A stretch of DNA of 64,000 nt from an uncultured Lachnospiraceae bacterium (GTDB taxonomy: Bacteria > Bacillota > Clostridia > Lachnospirales > Lachnospiraceae). Below, piece after piece: positions 9,904 to 19,950 of this stretch. The first letter of the stretch is position 1. Each line of letters opens with the position of its first letter. The stretch covers positions 6,250 to 70,249 of the forward strand of contig CAJTVN010000001.1 of assembly GCA_910579685.1 (NCBI GenBank), read 5' to 3'. The notes under the pieces are model-generated. The model had not been told where the DNA came from. It did not search any database and was given only the letters and a program-made list of their open reading frames with translations. The translations under genes were made by a program, and so were the position numbers.

Positions 9904-11238
9904 ATGAAAATACTATTTATATCTCTTGGCTGTGATAAGAATCTGGTGGACTCGGAGGTTATGCTGGGGATGCTTGCCGAAGAGGGGTATTCCTTCACGG
10001 ACGACGAGGAGGAAGCGGAGGCGGTGGTGATCAATACCTGCTGCTTTATCGGCGATGCGAAGGAGGAAAGCGTCAACACGATTCTGGAGATGGCCGAGCG
10101 CAGAAAGAGCGGGCAGCTGAAAGCGCTGATCGTGGCGGGGTGTCTCGCCCAGCGCTATCAGGAGGAGATTCAGAAAGAGATCGGGGAAGTGGACGCCATT
10201 ATCGGCACCTCCGCCATTGATGCGGTTGCGTCCGCATTGAAGCAGGTGCTGGAGGGGAAGGCGGGCAACTGCATAAAGTCCCCTGACGGACCGCCTCTTT
10301 TGGGGAAAAAGAGGGTCATGACGACAGGCGGGTATTACTCATATCTGAAAATTGCGGAAGGGTGTAATAAGCACTGTACGTATTGCATTATCCCAAAGGT
10401 GCGGGGAAACTACCGGAGCGTTCCCATGGAGGAGCTGCTTGAACAGGCCGGGGCTCTGGCGCAGCAGGGCGTCAGGGAGCTGGTTCTGGTTGCCCAGGAA
10501 ACCACGCTCTATGGAGTGGATCTGTATGGGGAAAAGAGGCTTCCGGAGCTTTTGGAGGCTTTGTGCCAGATAGAGAAGATTCGGTGGATCCGTATCCTCT
10601 ACTGTTATCCGGAAGAGATCGATGAAAAGCTGATCCGGGTGATCCGCAGCAGGGACAAAATCTGCCACTATCTGGATCTTCCCATACAGAGCGGAAGCGA
10701 CGGGATTTTGAAGCGCATGGGCAGGCGGACGGACACGGAGCAGATCCGGAGGATGATCCGGAGGCTGCGACAAGAAATTCCGGATATCTGCATCCGGACC
10801 ACATTTATTTCAGGATTTCCCGGAGAGACTCAGGAGGATCATGAAAGCACCATGGAGTTTATTAACGAGATGGAGTTCGACCGCCTGGGCGTGTTTACCT
10901 ATTCGCCGGAGGAAGATACGCCCGCCGCTCTCATGGAAGGACAGATCCCGGAGGAGATCAAGCGGAGCCGCCGGGATGAGATCATGGAGCTGCAGCAGGA
11001 GATTGCCTTTGAGCAGGCACGGAATATGCAGGGCCGTATTTTGTGGGCCATGGTGGAGGGAAAGCTGGCGGACGAGGAGGTCTATGTGGCCAGAACCTAT
11101 AAGGATGCCCCCGGAGTGGACGGCTACCTGTTTATTGACACGGACCGGACTCTGATGAGCGGGGAGTTTGTCAGGGTAAAGATCACGGGAGCAAATGATT
11201 ACGATCTGACAGGCGTGCCGGAAGACGAAGAGAGTTAG
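9904..11238 (+). CDS. rimO: Ribosomal protein S12 methylthiotransferase
   Basis: SLGCDKNLVDSE, YLKIAEGCNKHCTYC radical SAM motif, APGVDG TRAM domain. Confidence 0.95.
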   Translation: MKILFISLGCDKNLVDSEVMLGMLAEEGYSFTDDEEEAEAVVINTCCFIGDAKEESVNTILEMAERRKSGQLKALIVAGCLAQRYQEEIQKEIGEVDAIIGTSAIDAVASALKQVLEGKAGNCIKSPDGPPLLGKKRVMTTGGYYSYLKIAEGCNKHCTYCIIPKVRGNYRSVPMEELLEQAGALAQQGVRELVLVAQETTLYGVDLYGEKRLPELLEALCQIEKIRWIRILYCYPEEIDEKLIRVIRSRDKICHYLDLPIQSGSDGILKRMGRRTDTEQIRRMIRRLRQEIPDICIRTTFISGFPGETQEDHESTMEFINEMEFDRLGVFTYSPEEDTPAALMEGQIPEEIKRSRRDEIMELQQEIAFEQARNMQGRILWAMVEGKLADEEVYVARTYKDAPGVDGYLFIDTDRTLMSGEFVRVKITGANDYDLTGVPEDEES

Positions 11239-11278
11239 AATGTATAGAATCAATTAGATTTGGAAAGGTGTGAAAGAT

Positions 11279-11812
11279 ATGAATTTACCGAATAAGCTTA
11301 CAATGTTCCGTGTGGTTTTGATTCCGTTTTTTATTGTGTTTCTGCTGGTTCCTACGATTCCGGCGGGAAAATGGATCGCTCTTGCCATCTTTATCGTGGC
11401 GAGCCTTACGGATCTTCTGGACGGCAAGATCGCCCGCAAATATAATCTGGTGACGAATTTTGGAAAGTTTATGGATCCCCTTGCGGATAAGCTTCTGGTC
11501 TGCTCGGCGCTGATCTGTCTGATCGAGCTGCAGAGGATCCCCTCCTGGATGGTGGTGCTTATCATTGCGAGAGAGTTTACCATCAGCGGGTTCCGCCTGA
11601 TTGCGGCGGACAACGGGGTGGTAATAGCGGCCAGCTATTTTGGCAAGTTTAAGACCACGTTTCAGATGATTGCCGTGTGTTTGCTGATTGCGGATATCGA
11701 GGCGCTGCAGAGCGTAACCCTGATCATTCTTTGGATTGCCGTGATTCTCACCGTGGTTTCCCTGATGGATTATCTGGTCAAGAACAAGGACGTGATGAAG
11801 GAAGAAAAATAG
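11279..11812 (+). CDS. pgsA: CDP-diacylglycerol--glycerol-3-phosphate 3-phosphatidyltransferase
   Basis: MNLPNKLT, DLLDGKIAR...GKFMDPLADK. Confidence 0.96.
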   Translation: MNLPNKLTMFRVVLIPFFIVFLLVPTIPAGKWIALAIFIVASLTDLLDGKIARKYNLVTNFGKFMDPLADKLLVCSALICLIELQRIPSWMVVLIIAREFTISGFRLIAADNGVVIAASYFGKFKTTFQMIAVCLLIADIEALQSVTLIILWIAVILTVVSLMDYLVKNKDVMKEEK

Positions 11813-11824
11813 TCTGCGAAAGGA

Positions 11825-12334
11825 ATGGAAGAGCGAATGAGTTTGGAAGAGAGAGCGGTGCAGGCTCTGACGGCAAGGGGCTGTGAAATTACCACGGCGG
11901 AATCCTGTACGGGAGGCATGCTGGCCTCCATGCTGGTCAATGCCGCGGGCGCATCGGAAATTTTTAAGGAGGGCTATATCACTTATTCCAATGAGGCGAA
12001 GAGCAGGCTCCTTGGAGTGGATGCGCAGGCGCTTGAACGGTACGGGGCTGTCAGTGAAACCGTGGCCCGCCAGATGGCGGAAGGAGCCGCAGCGGCAGCC
12101 GGGGCAACAGCCGCCCTTTCTGTCACCGGAATTGCCGGCCCGGGCGGGGGAACGAAGGAGAAGCCGGTGGGGCTTGTCTATATCGGCTGTTATCTGGATG
12201 GAACCACCACGGCGGAGAGGAATCTGTTTCACGGTTCCCGTCTTGAGATTCGAGAGGCTTCCGCACGCAGGGCGCTTGAGCTGCTCCTTGCACGTATGGA
12301 GGAATTAGGGGATGGTGAAACAGTAAGTCGCTGA
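11825..12334 (+). CDS. cinA: CinA C-terminal domain protein (NMN deamidase, PncC-like)
   Basis: AESCTGG, YSNEAK, GAVS, TGIAGPGGGT..KPVGLV. Confidence 0.9.
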   Translation: MEERMSLEERAVQALTARGCEITTAESCTGGMLASMLVNAAGASEIFKEGYITYSNEAKSRLLGVDAQALERYGAVSETVARQMAEGAAAAAGATAALSVTGIAGPGGGTKEKPVGLVYIGCYLDGTTTAERNLFHGSRLEIREASARRALELLLARMEELGDGETVSR

Positions 12335-12369
12335 ATATTCCGTAAATTTACAAGTTCCGCAATTGCCTA
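12306..12369. repeat. Palindromic MITE-like repeat, copy 1 (degenerate)
   Basis: About 55/65 identity to the reverse complement of 51595-51659. Confidence 0.8.
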
Positions 12370-12401
12370 ATGGAAGAGTAGGCGGGAAAGGGGTATTTTA
12401 T

Positions 12402-13316
12402 ATGAAGAAAGGGTGGAGCACGGGGAAAATCGTCGGCGTAACGCTGGGAGGGATCGCAGCGTCGCTGGTGCTTGGGATTTCTTTTGTGATCAGCGTATAC
12501 CAGCTGTCGTACTTCTTTGAAAAAATGGATCAGAAAAGCAGATCTCGGTATGACAGGGTGCTGGAGGAAAATTCCGGGCAGGAGAGGAAAGAAGACGATT
12601 TTTCAGAGGGGCAAAAAGAGCCGGATGAGGAGGAGACGGAAGATTTTGGCGGATATTCCTCACAGCCGGACGGAGAGTATTACGATTTTACAAACGATAT
12701 CCGAAGCGATCTCTCCTACCAGGTTGAATTTCGAAGTTTTTTGAAAAATGATTTTGTAACCCGAGAGGGGGCGGGAGCGGCTGTCATGGAATACAGTTAC
12801 CCGCAGATTTCTGGGGACGCAAAGAACCTGGACGGGATCAATGACGCACTGCAGGAGGAGCTTCGCATCGTGGAGGAGCATATCGCATCATCAGTGGATT
12901 ATCTGACAGGGGACGAGGAGTACCGCTTTGAGGGGGTTGGCTACGTAACCTATATGTCGGAAAAGATTCTCAGCGTGATCTATGTGGAATACGGCTATCT
13001 GAACGGCTCTTATCTGGAAAGCTATGTAGTCTCCTACAATGTTGACATGGAGACGGGAATGCTCATGAACAACACCCACCTGCTTGCTGTTGACGACAAC
13101 TTTTCCGTGGATTTCCGTAAGCGGTGTGAGCTGCAGAACGGTGTGATCGAGAATCTTGATTATATGAGCGACCAGGAGATTACCTATTATCTTACGGACA
13201 GCGACTATCTGATTATTTTTTACACGCCTCTGGGCATGGAGGTCGGATTTAATTACTATGACGGCTGGGTGACCGTGACCTACAGGGATTACGAGAAATA
13301 CCAGAAAAAATTTTAG
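12402..13316 (+). CDS. Membrane-anchored hypothetical protein
   Basis: N-terminal TM helix, acidic linker, extracellular domain with YSYPQI and FYTPLG (loosely DUF4163/PdaC-like). Confidence 0.7.
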   Translation: MKKGWSTGKIVGVTLGGIAASLVLGISFVISVYQLSYFFEKMDQKSRSRYDRVLEENSGQERKEDDFSEGQKEPDEEETEDFGGYSSQPDGEYYDFTNDIRSDLSYQVEFRSFLKNDFVTREGAGAAVMEYSYPQISGDAKNLDGINDALQEELRIVEEHIASSVDYLTGDEEYRFEGVGYVTYMSEKILSVIYVEYGYLNGSYLESYVVSYNVDMETGMLMNNTHLLAVDDNFSVDFRKRCELQNGVIENLDYMSDQEITYYLTDSDYLIIFYTPLGMEVGFNYYDGWVTVTYRDYEKYQKKF

Positions 13317-13529
13317 GGCCATGCGCCTGGTTAACAGATTCTTCTTGTAAACCGGGCGCACATATGTTATATTTAGTACAGACAGCGCATCTGCTGTGTT
13401 TTCTGCTTTGCATATCCGGCATTTTCTGCCAAAAATCCAAAGCAATAACAGAAAAGAAGGGAGAGATGCCTTTGAGGGAGTTTTATTGGACTTTAAATGT
13501 GGTAAGATAAAAACAGAGAGAAAAAAGAA

Positions 13530-13577
13530 TTGACAAACACGAACATTTGTTTTAATCTTTATTCAGAACAAACGTTC
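13530..13577 (+). promoter_or_regulatory. recA promoter with two LexA (SOS) boxes
   Basis: TTGACA(13530)-17 bp-TAATCT; GAAC-N4-GTTT at 13541-13552 and GAAC-N4-GTTC at 13566-13577. Confidence 0.9.
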
Positions 13578-13596
13578 CTATGAAAAGGAGACCTTT

Positions 13597-14715
13597 ATGG
13601 AAAAAAATGACAAGTTAAAAGCATTGGATGCGGCTCTTGGCCAGATTGAAAAACAGTTTGGAAAGGGAGCTGTCATGAAGCTGGGCGATCCGGCGGCAAA
13701 GATGGATATAGAGACAATTCCCACGGGTTCCCTCAGTCTCGATATAGCGCTGGGACTCGGAGGAATTCCCAAGGGCAGGGTGGTCGAGATCTACGGACCG
13801 GAATCCAGCGGTAAAACCACGGTCACCCTCCATATGATTGCCGAGGTTCAAAAGAGCGGGGGCATTGCGGGATTTATCGATGCGGAACATGCGCTGGATC
13901 CTGTGTATGCGCAGAATATCGGTGTGGACGTGGATAACCTGTACATATCCCAGCCGGACAACGGAGAGCAGGCGCTCGAGATCACGGAAACCATGGTTCG
14001 TTCCGGAGCCCTGGACATTGTGGTAGTGGATTCCGTGGCCGCGCTGGTTCCCAAGGCAGAGATCGACGGCGACATGGGCGACAGCCATGTGGGACTTCAG
14101 GCCCGGCTGATGTCCCAGGCTCTGCGCAAGCTGACGGCCGTGATCAGCAAATCCAACTGTACGGTCGTGTTTATCAACCAGCTGCGGGAAAAGGTGGGAG
14201 TTATGTTTGGCAATCCCGAGACTACCACGGGCGGCCGTGCGCTTAAGTTCTATTCTTCCGTGCGTCTCGACGTGAGGAGAATCGAATCCTTAAAGCAGGG
14301 CGGGGAAGTAATCGGCAACCGGACCCGGGTGAAGGTCGTGAAAAACAAGATAGCCCCGCCCTTTAAGGAGGCGGAGTTTGACATTATGTTCGGCGAGGGC
14401 ATTTCCTATGTGGGGGATGTGCTGGATCTTGCGGCAAGCATTAACGTGATTAACAAGAGCGGAGCCTGGTATGCCTATGAGGGAAGCAAGATCGGACAGG
14501 GACGTGAGAACGCAAAACAGTATCTGAAGGACAATCCGCAGGTCTGCGAGCAGGTATCCTCCAAGGTCAGGGAGCATTTCGGGCTGGGCGCAGGCCGCAG
14601 GGAAGAGGACGACGCACAGAAAAAGGAAGAGGCAAAGAAAGATGAGCCAAAGCCGGAAGCGGCAAAGAAAGATGAGCCAAAGCCGGAAGCGGCAAAGACT
14701 AAGGCTTCCAAGTAA
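13597..14715 (+). CDS. recA: Recombinase A
   Basis: [33 protein letters not shown]. Confidence 0.99.
   Translation: MEKNDKLKALDAALGQIEKQFGKGAVMKLGDPAAKMDIETIPTGSLSLDIALGLGGIPKGRVVEIYGPESSGKTTVTLHMIAEVQKSGGIAGFIDAEHALDPVYAQNIGVDVDNLYISQPDNGEQALEITETMVRSGALDIVVVDSVAALVPKAEIDGDMGDSHVGLQARLMSQALRKLTAVISKSNCTVVFINQLREKVGVMFGNPETTTGGRALKFYSSVRLDVRRIESLKQGGEVIGNRTRVKVVKNKIAPPFKEAEFDIMFGEGISYVGDVLDLAASINVINKSGAWYAYEGSKIGQGRENAKQYLKDNPQVCEQVSSKVREHFGLGAGRREEDDAQKKEEAKKDEPKPEAAKKDEPKPEAAKTKASK
14631..14698 (+). repeat. 30-bp in-frame tandem repeat in the recA tail
   Basis: GGCAAAGAAAGATGAGCCAAAGCCGGAAGC twice, plus a partial third copy. Confidence 0.95.
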
Positions 14716-14730
14716 AGGAATGTGGGGGCT

Positions 14731-15366
14731 ATGTCAGATACGAGAATAGTGATGGAGATCACGGAGATCTCCAGTTCCAGAGTGCGTATTTTGCTGGACG
14801 ACGGGACGGGTTTTGTACTGTATAAGGGGGAGCGGCGCAACTATAATCTCCGGGAGGGAGAGCAGATCGGGACAGAGGATTATGCGGAAATCATGGAGAC
14901 CGTTCTGCCAAAAAGGGCAAAGCTTCGGGCTCTGAATCTTCTCAAGGCCCGGTCCTACACGCAAAAGGCGCTGGCGGATAAGCTCAGGGACGGCGGCTAT
15001 CCCGAAAAGATTCTGGCGGACGCCATTGCCTATGCAGCCTCCTTTGGTTATGTGGACGACCGGCAGTATGCGCTTGATTTTGTGGAATACAATAAGGAGA
15101 AGCGCAGCAGGACATGGATTTTTAACGCACTGCAGAAAAAGGGCGTCCCAAAGGAAATCATGGAGGACGCATGGCGGGAAAATGCTTCGAATGAGGAGAG
15201 CGAGCTGGAGAAAGAACAGATTTTATTCTGGATGCGTAAAAAAAATTTTATTGCTTCAGAGGCGACATTTGCAGAAAAACAGAAATTCTGCGCATTTTTG
15301 TACAGAAAGGGGTTTCAAATTGACGCCATTCAAACTGCACTTTCACTTGACATAGAATCAATTTAA
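14731..15366 (+). CDS. recX: Regulatory protein RecX
   Basis: RAKLRALNLL, GYVDDRQYA, LQKKGV, FLYRKGF; follows recA. Confidence 0.9.
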   Translation: MSDTRIVMEITEISSSRVRILLDDGTGFVLYKGERRNYNLREGEQIGTEDYAEIMETVLPKRAKLRALNLLKARSYTQKALADKLRDGGYPEKILADAIAYAASFGYVDDRQYALDFVEYNKEKRSRTWIFNALQKKGVPKEIMEDAWRENASNEESELEKEQILFWMRKKNFIASEATFAEKQKFCAFLYRKGFQIDAIQTALSLDIESI

Positions 15367-15375
15367 GTTTAAAAT
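15347..15375 (+). promoter_or_regulatory. Sigma-A promoter of rny
   Basis: TTGACA-17 bp-TAAAAT overlapping the end of recX. Confidence 0.75.
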
Positions 15376-15466
15376 TGTCTTATTGTAAATTTGTTTTTAG
15401 AATGTTACATACATTCTATATAGATAAGCGTACAATGAAAATTTAATAAGGAGGTGCTCCTGTAAA

Positions 15467-17014
15467 ATGGTGCAAGTTTTGACAGCGGTGTTCATCACTC
15501 TGATTGTATCTGCTGCGGCTACCTGGGTGCTTGCCAGCTCATATCACAAGAAGGTATCGGAAGCAAAGATCGGCAGCGCAGAGGAGAAGGCAAGAGAGAT
15601 TATTGATGAGGCTCTGAAAACTGCGGAGACCAAGAAGCGTGAAGCCTTACTGGAGGTTAAGGAAGAATCCATTCGTACCAAGAACGATCTGGATAAGGAG
15701 ATTAAGGAGCGGCGTGCCGAGGCACAACGCTACGAGCGCAGGGTTCAGCAGAAGGAGGAATCCATCGATAAGAAATCAGATGCAATGGAGAAAAGGGAGG
15801 CAAGCCTGTCTGCAAGGGAAGAGGAATTATCCAGGCAGAGGGAGGAAGTTTCCAAGCTGAACGAACAAAGATTACAGGAACTGGAACGAATCTCTGGTTT
15901 AACCTCCGAACAGGCAAAAGAATATTTACTGAAAATTGTTGAAGATGAAGTGAAGCATGAGACGGCAGTCCGCATCAAAGAGATGGAAGGCCGCGCAAAG
16001 GAAGAAGCAGACAAAAAGGCGAAGGAATATGTAGTGAATGCCATTCAGAAATGTGCGGCGGATCATGTGTCTGAGACTACGATTTCCGTCGTGCAGCTTC
16101 CGAACGATGAAATGAAAGGAAGGATCATAGGCAGGGAGGGAAGAAACATCAGAACCCTCGAGACCCTGACCGGCGTGGATCTGATTATTGACGACACGCC
16201 GGAGGCGGTTATTCTTTCCGGTTTTGATCCCATTCGTCGCGAGGTGGCGAGAATTGCCCTTGAAAAACTGATTGTGGATGGACGAATCCATCCGGCAAGA
16301 ATCGAGGAGATGGTTGAAAAGGCGCAAAAAGAAGTTGATATCATGATCAAGGAGGAGGGTGAGGCCGCTACTCTTGAGGTAGGAGTTCACGGGATTCATC
16401 CCGAGCTTGTCCGACTGCTCGGAAAGATGAAATTCCGCACCAGCTATGGGCAGAACGCATTAAAACACTCGATTGAAGTGGCGCAGCTGTCAGGTTTACT
16501 GGCGGCAGAGCTTGGTCTTGATGTGAGAGTTGCCAAAAGAGCAGGTCTTTTACATGATATCGGCAAGGCTGTAGATCACGAAATGGAAGGTTCCCATATA
16601 CAGCTTGGCGTGGAGCTTTGCAGGAAGTATAAGGAGTCGGCCATCGTCGTTAATGCAGTGGAATCCCACCACGGCGACGTGGAACCCCAGACATTGATCG
16701 CATGTATTGTACAAGCTTCTGATACAATATCGGCGGCAAGGCCTGGCGCAAGAAGAGAGACGCTTGAAACATATACAAGCAGGCTCAAACAATTAGAAGA
16801 TATTACAAACAATTTCAAAGGTGTAGATAAGTCTTTTGCTATTCAGGCAGGTAGAGAGATTCGTGTAATGGTAGTTCCCGATCAGATTTCTGATGCTGAC
16901 ATGGTGCTTCTGGCACGTGACATTTCAAAGCAGATTGAGGCAGAGCTGGAATATCCAGGACAGATTAAGGTGAACGTAATCAGAGAGTCGCGCGTAATTG
17001 ACTACGCAAAATAA
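15467..17014 (+). CDS. rny: Ribonuclease Y
   Basis: TM anchor, coiled coil, KH domain ([13 protein letters not shown]), HD domain (LLHDIGK). Confidence 0.98.
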   Translation: MVQVLTAVFITLIVSAAATWVLASSYHKKVSEAKIGSAEEKAREIIDEALKTAETKKREALLEVKEESIRTKNDLDKEIKERRAEAQRYERRVQQKEESIDKKSDAMEKREASLSAREEELSRQREEVSKLNEQRLQELERISGLTSEQAKEYLLKIVEDEVKHETAVRIKEMEGRAKEEADKKAKEYVVNAIQKCAADHVSETTISVVQLPNDEMKGRIIGREGRNIRTLETLTGVDLIIDDTPEAVILSGFDPIRREVARIALEKLIVDGRIHPARIEEMVEKAQKEVDIMIKEEGEAATLEVGVHGIHPELVRLLGKMKFRTSYGQNALKHSIEVAQLSGLLAAELGLDVRVAKRAGLLHDIGKAVDHEMEGSHIQLGVELCRKYKESAIVVNAVESHHGDVEPQTLIACIVQASDTISAARPGARRETLETYTSRLKQLEDITNNFKGVDKSFAIQAGREIRVMVVPDQISDADMVLLARDISKQIEAELEYPGQIKVNVIRESRVIDYAK

Positions 17015-17033
17015 ATGACTGATTAAAAATGAG

Positions 17034-17080
17034 GAAAGTATTGAAAATGAATCGAATCGTTTTCAATACTTTCTTTTTTT
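17034..17080 (+). terminator. Intrinsic terminator after rny
   Basis: GAAAGTATTGAAAATGA/TCGTTTTCAATACTTTC stem plus T7. Confidence 0.85.
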
Positions 17081-17242
17081 ATGTGCAGAGGCTGATGTGG
17101 AAATAATGCACAATCTTTTGCTGAAAAAGGTCAGAAAAAATTACTTGTAGTATTTGGAAGTCTATAGTAGAATAATACGTGGCATTGGATTGTATACAAT
17201 TATCCAAAGATACCTTTCATGGATAGAGGAGGAAATTGCGGT

Positions 17243-18526
17243 ATGAAAGCATATAGAGAGATGAGCAGGGAAGAGCTTACCGCTCTCAAGCAGGATCTGG
17301 ATAAGCAGTATGAGGAAGTGAAGGCAAAGAGCCTTAAGCTTGACATGTCGAGAGGCAAGCCGTCCGCTTCCCAGCTCGATATGGAAATGGATTTTATGGG
17401 AATTCTGAAAAATACGTCTTTGATGTCCGAAGCGGGTATTGACTGCAGAAATTACGGACTGCTGGACGGAATACCGGAAGCAAGGCGCCTTCTGGGAGAT
17501 ATGCTGGGAATATCGCCTGAGAGGGTAATTATCTGCGGAAATGCGAGCCTGACGGTCATGTATGATGCGATTGCGCGCTCCATGATGTTTGGTGTGCTGG
17601 GGAGCACTCCCTGGTGCAAGCTTGATAAAGTTAAATTTCTTTGTCCGGTTCCCGGCTATGACAGACACTTTGCGATCACGGAACAGTTTGGAATTGAGAT
17701 GATTAACATTCCCATGACTCCGCAGGGGCCGGATATGGATCTGGTGGAGAAGCTGGTCAGTGAGGATGAGGCTGTGAAGGGAATCTGGTGCGTGCCCAAA
17801 TATTCCAATCCTCAGGGGATTACGTATTCGGACGAGACCGTAAGACGGTTTGCGGCTTTAAAACCTGCGGCAGAGGATTTTCGAATTTACTGGGATAATG
17901 CCTATGCCATCCATGATGTGTTCGAGGATAAGAGCGATACGCTTCTGGAAATTTTCAACGAGTGTGAGAAGGCAGGGAATCCCGATATTGTCTATGAATT
18001 TTGCTCCACCTCCAAGGTGATGTTTCCGGGAAGCGGGATTTCGGCGATTGCCGCATCCGAGGCAAATCTCAAGGAGATCCGGCAGAGGCTTTCCATCCAG
18101 ACCATAGGCTTTGACAAGCTCAACCAGCTGCGCCATGTAAAGTATTTCAAAGACATTGAGGGAATGAAGGCTCATATGAAAAAGCATGCCGCTATCATGC
18201 GTCCGAAGTTTGAAGCGGTGCTGGAGGTACTGGAAAGAGAGCTGTCCGGTCTGGAAATCGGTTCATGGATCCGGCCAAACGGCGGTTATTTTATCTCCTT
18301 TGACTCCATGGAGGGATGCGCAAAAGAGATCGTGGGCAAATGCCTGGAGGCGGGAGTTGTCCTGACCGGTGCGGGAGCCACCTATCCTTATAAGAAAGAT
18401 CCGTCAGACAGCAATATCCGTCTGGCGCCTACCTTTCCTGAGCCAAAGGAGCTGGCGGTCGCAACGGATCTGTTTGTGCTGTGTGTGAAGCTGGTAAGCG
18501 TAAACAAATTGCTGGAGAGCATGTAA
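17243..18526 (+). CDS. PLP-dependent aminotransferase (AspT/Rv3722c-like)
   Basis: LDMSRGKP, PVPGYDRHF, VPKYSNP, WDNAY, STSK (PLP lysine), NIRLAPT. Confidence 0.88.
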   Translation: MKAYREMSREELTALKQDLDKQYEEVKAKSLKLDMSRGKPSASQLDMEMDFMGILKNTSLMSEAGIDCRNYGLLDGIPEARRLLGDMLGISPERVIICGNASLTVMYDAIARSMMFGVLGSTPWCKLDKVKFLCPVPGYDRHFAITEQFGIEMINIPMTPQGPDMDLVEKLVSEDEAVKGIWCVPKYSNPQGITYSDETVRRFAALKPAAEDFRIYWDNAYAIHDVFEDKSDTLLEIFNECEKAGNPDIVYEFCSTSKVMFPGSGISAIAASEANLKEIRQRLSIQTIGFDKLNQLRHVKYFKDIEGMKAHMKKHAAIMRPKFEAVLEVLERELSGLEIGSWIRPNGGYFISFDSMEGCAKEIVGKCLEAGVVLTGAGATYPYKKDPSDSNIRLAPTFPEPKELAVATDLFVLCVKLVSVNKLLESM

Positions 18527-18542
18527 ATAAGAGAGGAATGTT

Positions 18543-19085
18543 ATGGAGGAAATTAAGAGATTATCCAGAGATCTGGTGTCCAAGGGAGCGATTATCGATT
18601 ATTATCAGGACACCGTGCAGATCCCGAATGGAAATATTGTGAAGTGGGATTTTATCGACCACAAAGGGGCGGCCGCCGTGGTTCCCGTAAATGACGAGGG
18701 AAAGCTGATTATGGTAAGGCAATACCGCAACGCACTGAACCGCTACACGTTGGAGATTCCGGCGGGCGGATTAAACGGGGCGGATGAGCCTACGATGGAT
18801 GCGGCTGCAAGGGAGCTGACGGAGGAGACGGGATACAGGGCGGATAAGCTCGAACTGCTTCTTTCCATCCGGACCACGGTTGCCTTCTGCAATGAGAAAA
18901 TAGACATTTATGTGGCAACGGGGCTTACTCCGGGAGAGCAGCGTCTGGATGAGGATGAATATGTGGATGTAGAGGCTTTCGAACTGGAGGAACTGATTTC
19001 CAGGGTGCTGGCAGGAGAGATACAGGATTCCAAGACTGTGGCGGCGATTTTGGCTTACAAGGAAAAATACATTTCCGGAACCTGA
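18543..19085 (+). CDS. nudF: NUDIX hydrolase (ADP-ribose pyrophosphatase-like)
   Basis: VRQYR, LEIPAG, AARELTEETG Nudix box; upstream of spoIIM. Confidence 0.85.
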   Translation: MEEIKRLSRDLVSKGAIIDYYQDTVQIPNGNIVKWDFIDHKGAAAVVPVNDEGKLIMVRQYRNALNRYTLEIPAGGLNGADEPTMDAAARELTEETGYRADKLELLLSIRTTVAFCNEKIDIYVATGLTPGEQRLDEDEYVDVEAFELEELISRVLAGEIQDSKTVAAILAYKEKYISGT

Positions 19086-19099
19086 ACGGTGGATTTCTG

Positions 19100-19137
19100 A
19101 CAGGCGGTGCATATGCACTGCCTGTTTTTCATATATT
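19100..19137 (+). promoter_or_regulatory. Terminator-like hairpin overlapping a sigma-E-type promoter of spoIIM
   Basis: ACAGGCGGTGCAT/ATGCACTGCCTGT followed by TTTT; GCATA(19109)-16 bp-CATATATT(19130). Confidence 0.65.
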
Positions 19138-19177
19138 GAAAAGAGCGAAGGGCAAGAAGAGGGGAGCGGGAGGAGAA

Positions 19178-19783
19178 ATGCTTTATCAAAATAAAATCGG
19201 TGTTTACAGAATGTGGCTGTGTATTTTTGTTGCGGGAATTTTCCTTGGTACAATTTTAATGAATCTGGGAGGCGGTCTGTTTCTTGGAGATGACGGAATA
19301 TTCAGCATGGCGTCTCTGAACCGGATCCGGTATCTCAAGGTTGACGGCGCCAGTTTTTTTCCCTATGTGCTGAGGCAGCGGATCCGGCCTTTTTTGTTTC
19401 TGTTTCTGGTTTCCACCACAAGCTTTGGAATGGCTGCCGCATATATTCTGGTGGGATGGCAGGGAATTGCGGCTGGAATGCTGATAACGGCTGCAGTCAT
19501 CCGGTTTGGCATCAAGGGAATGCTTCTGATTCTGGCAGGGATGTTTCCACAGTATCTTCTCCTGATTCCTGCATGTGTTATGATGCTCAGCTGGTGCTGT
19601 CAGAATTGCAGCCTTAAGTATTTTCCGGGGAAATCGTTGTGGCCTCTTTATGGAAACCGCAGAAGACAGGCCCTGCATCAGGGAATGACCCTGGCCTGGA
19701 TCTTGTGTGTGCTTGTAATTGCCTGTATATTGGAGTGTTATGTCAATCCGATCTTGATGACAGATATAGTAAAAATTTTTTGA
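19178..19783 (+). CDS. spoIIM: Stage II sporulation protein M-like membrane protein
   Basis: Multi-TM protein, FPQYLLLIP, ILECYVNP; nudF-spoIIM-xerD synteny. Confidence 0.8.
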   Translation: MLYQNKIGVYRMWLCIFVAGIFLGTILMNLGGGLFLGDDGIFSMASLNRIRYLKVDGASFFPYVLRQRIRPFLFLFLVSTTSFGMAAAYILVGWQGIAAGMLITAAVIRFGIKGMLLILAGMFPQYLLLIPACVMMLSWCCQNCSLKYFPGKSLWPLYGNRRRQALHQGMTLAWILCVLVIACILECYVNPILMTDIVKIF

Positions 19784-19868
19784 AAAATTTTTTTGTATGA
19801 TAATTTTTCTATATATAGTGGCAGTCTCCAGTAAGGCTTTCGATATCTTGTATTTTGTCTGAAAAACA

Positions 19869-19931
19869 TGACGAAAATACGAAATTACGATAATTAGTGA
19901 ACTTGCATTTCTTTTCTCTTATGATTATACT
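19869..19931 (+). promoter_or_regulatory. xerD promoter with an upstream Spo0A-box-like heptamer
   Basis: TGACGAA at 19869-19875; TTGCAT(19903)-17 bp-TATACT. Confidence 0.45.
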
Positions 19932-19950
19932 TAATTGGGGAGGGAAAGAA

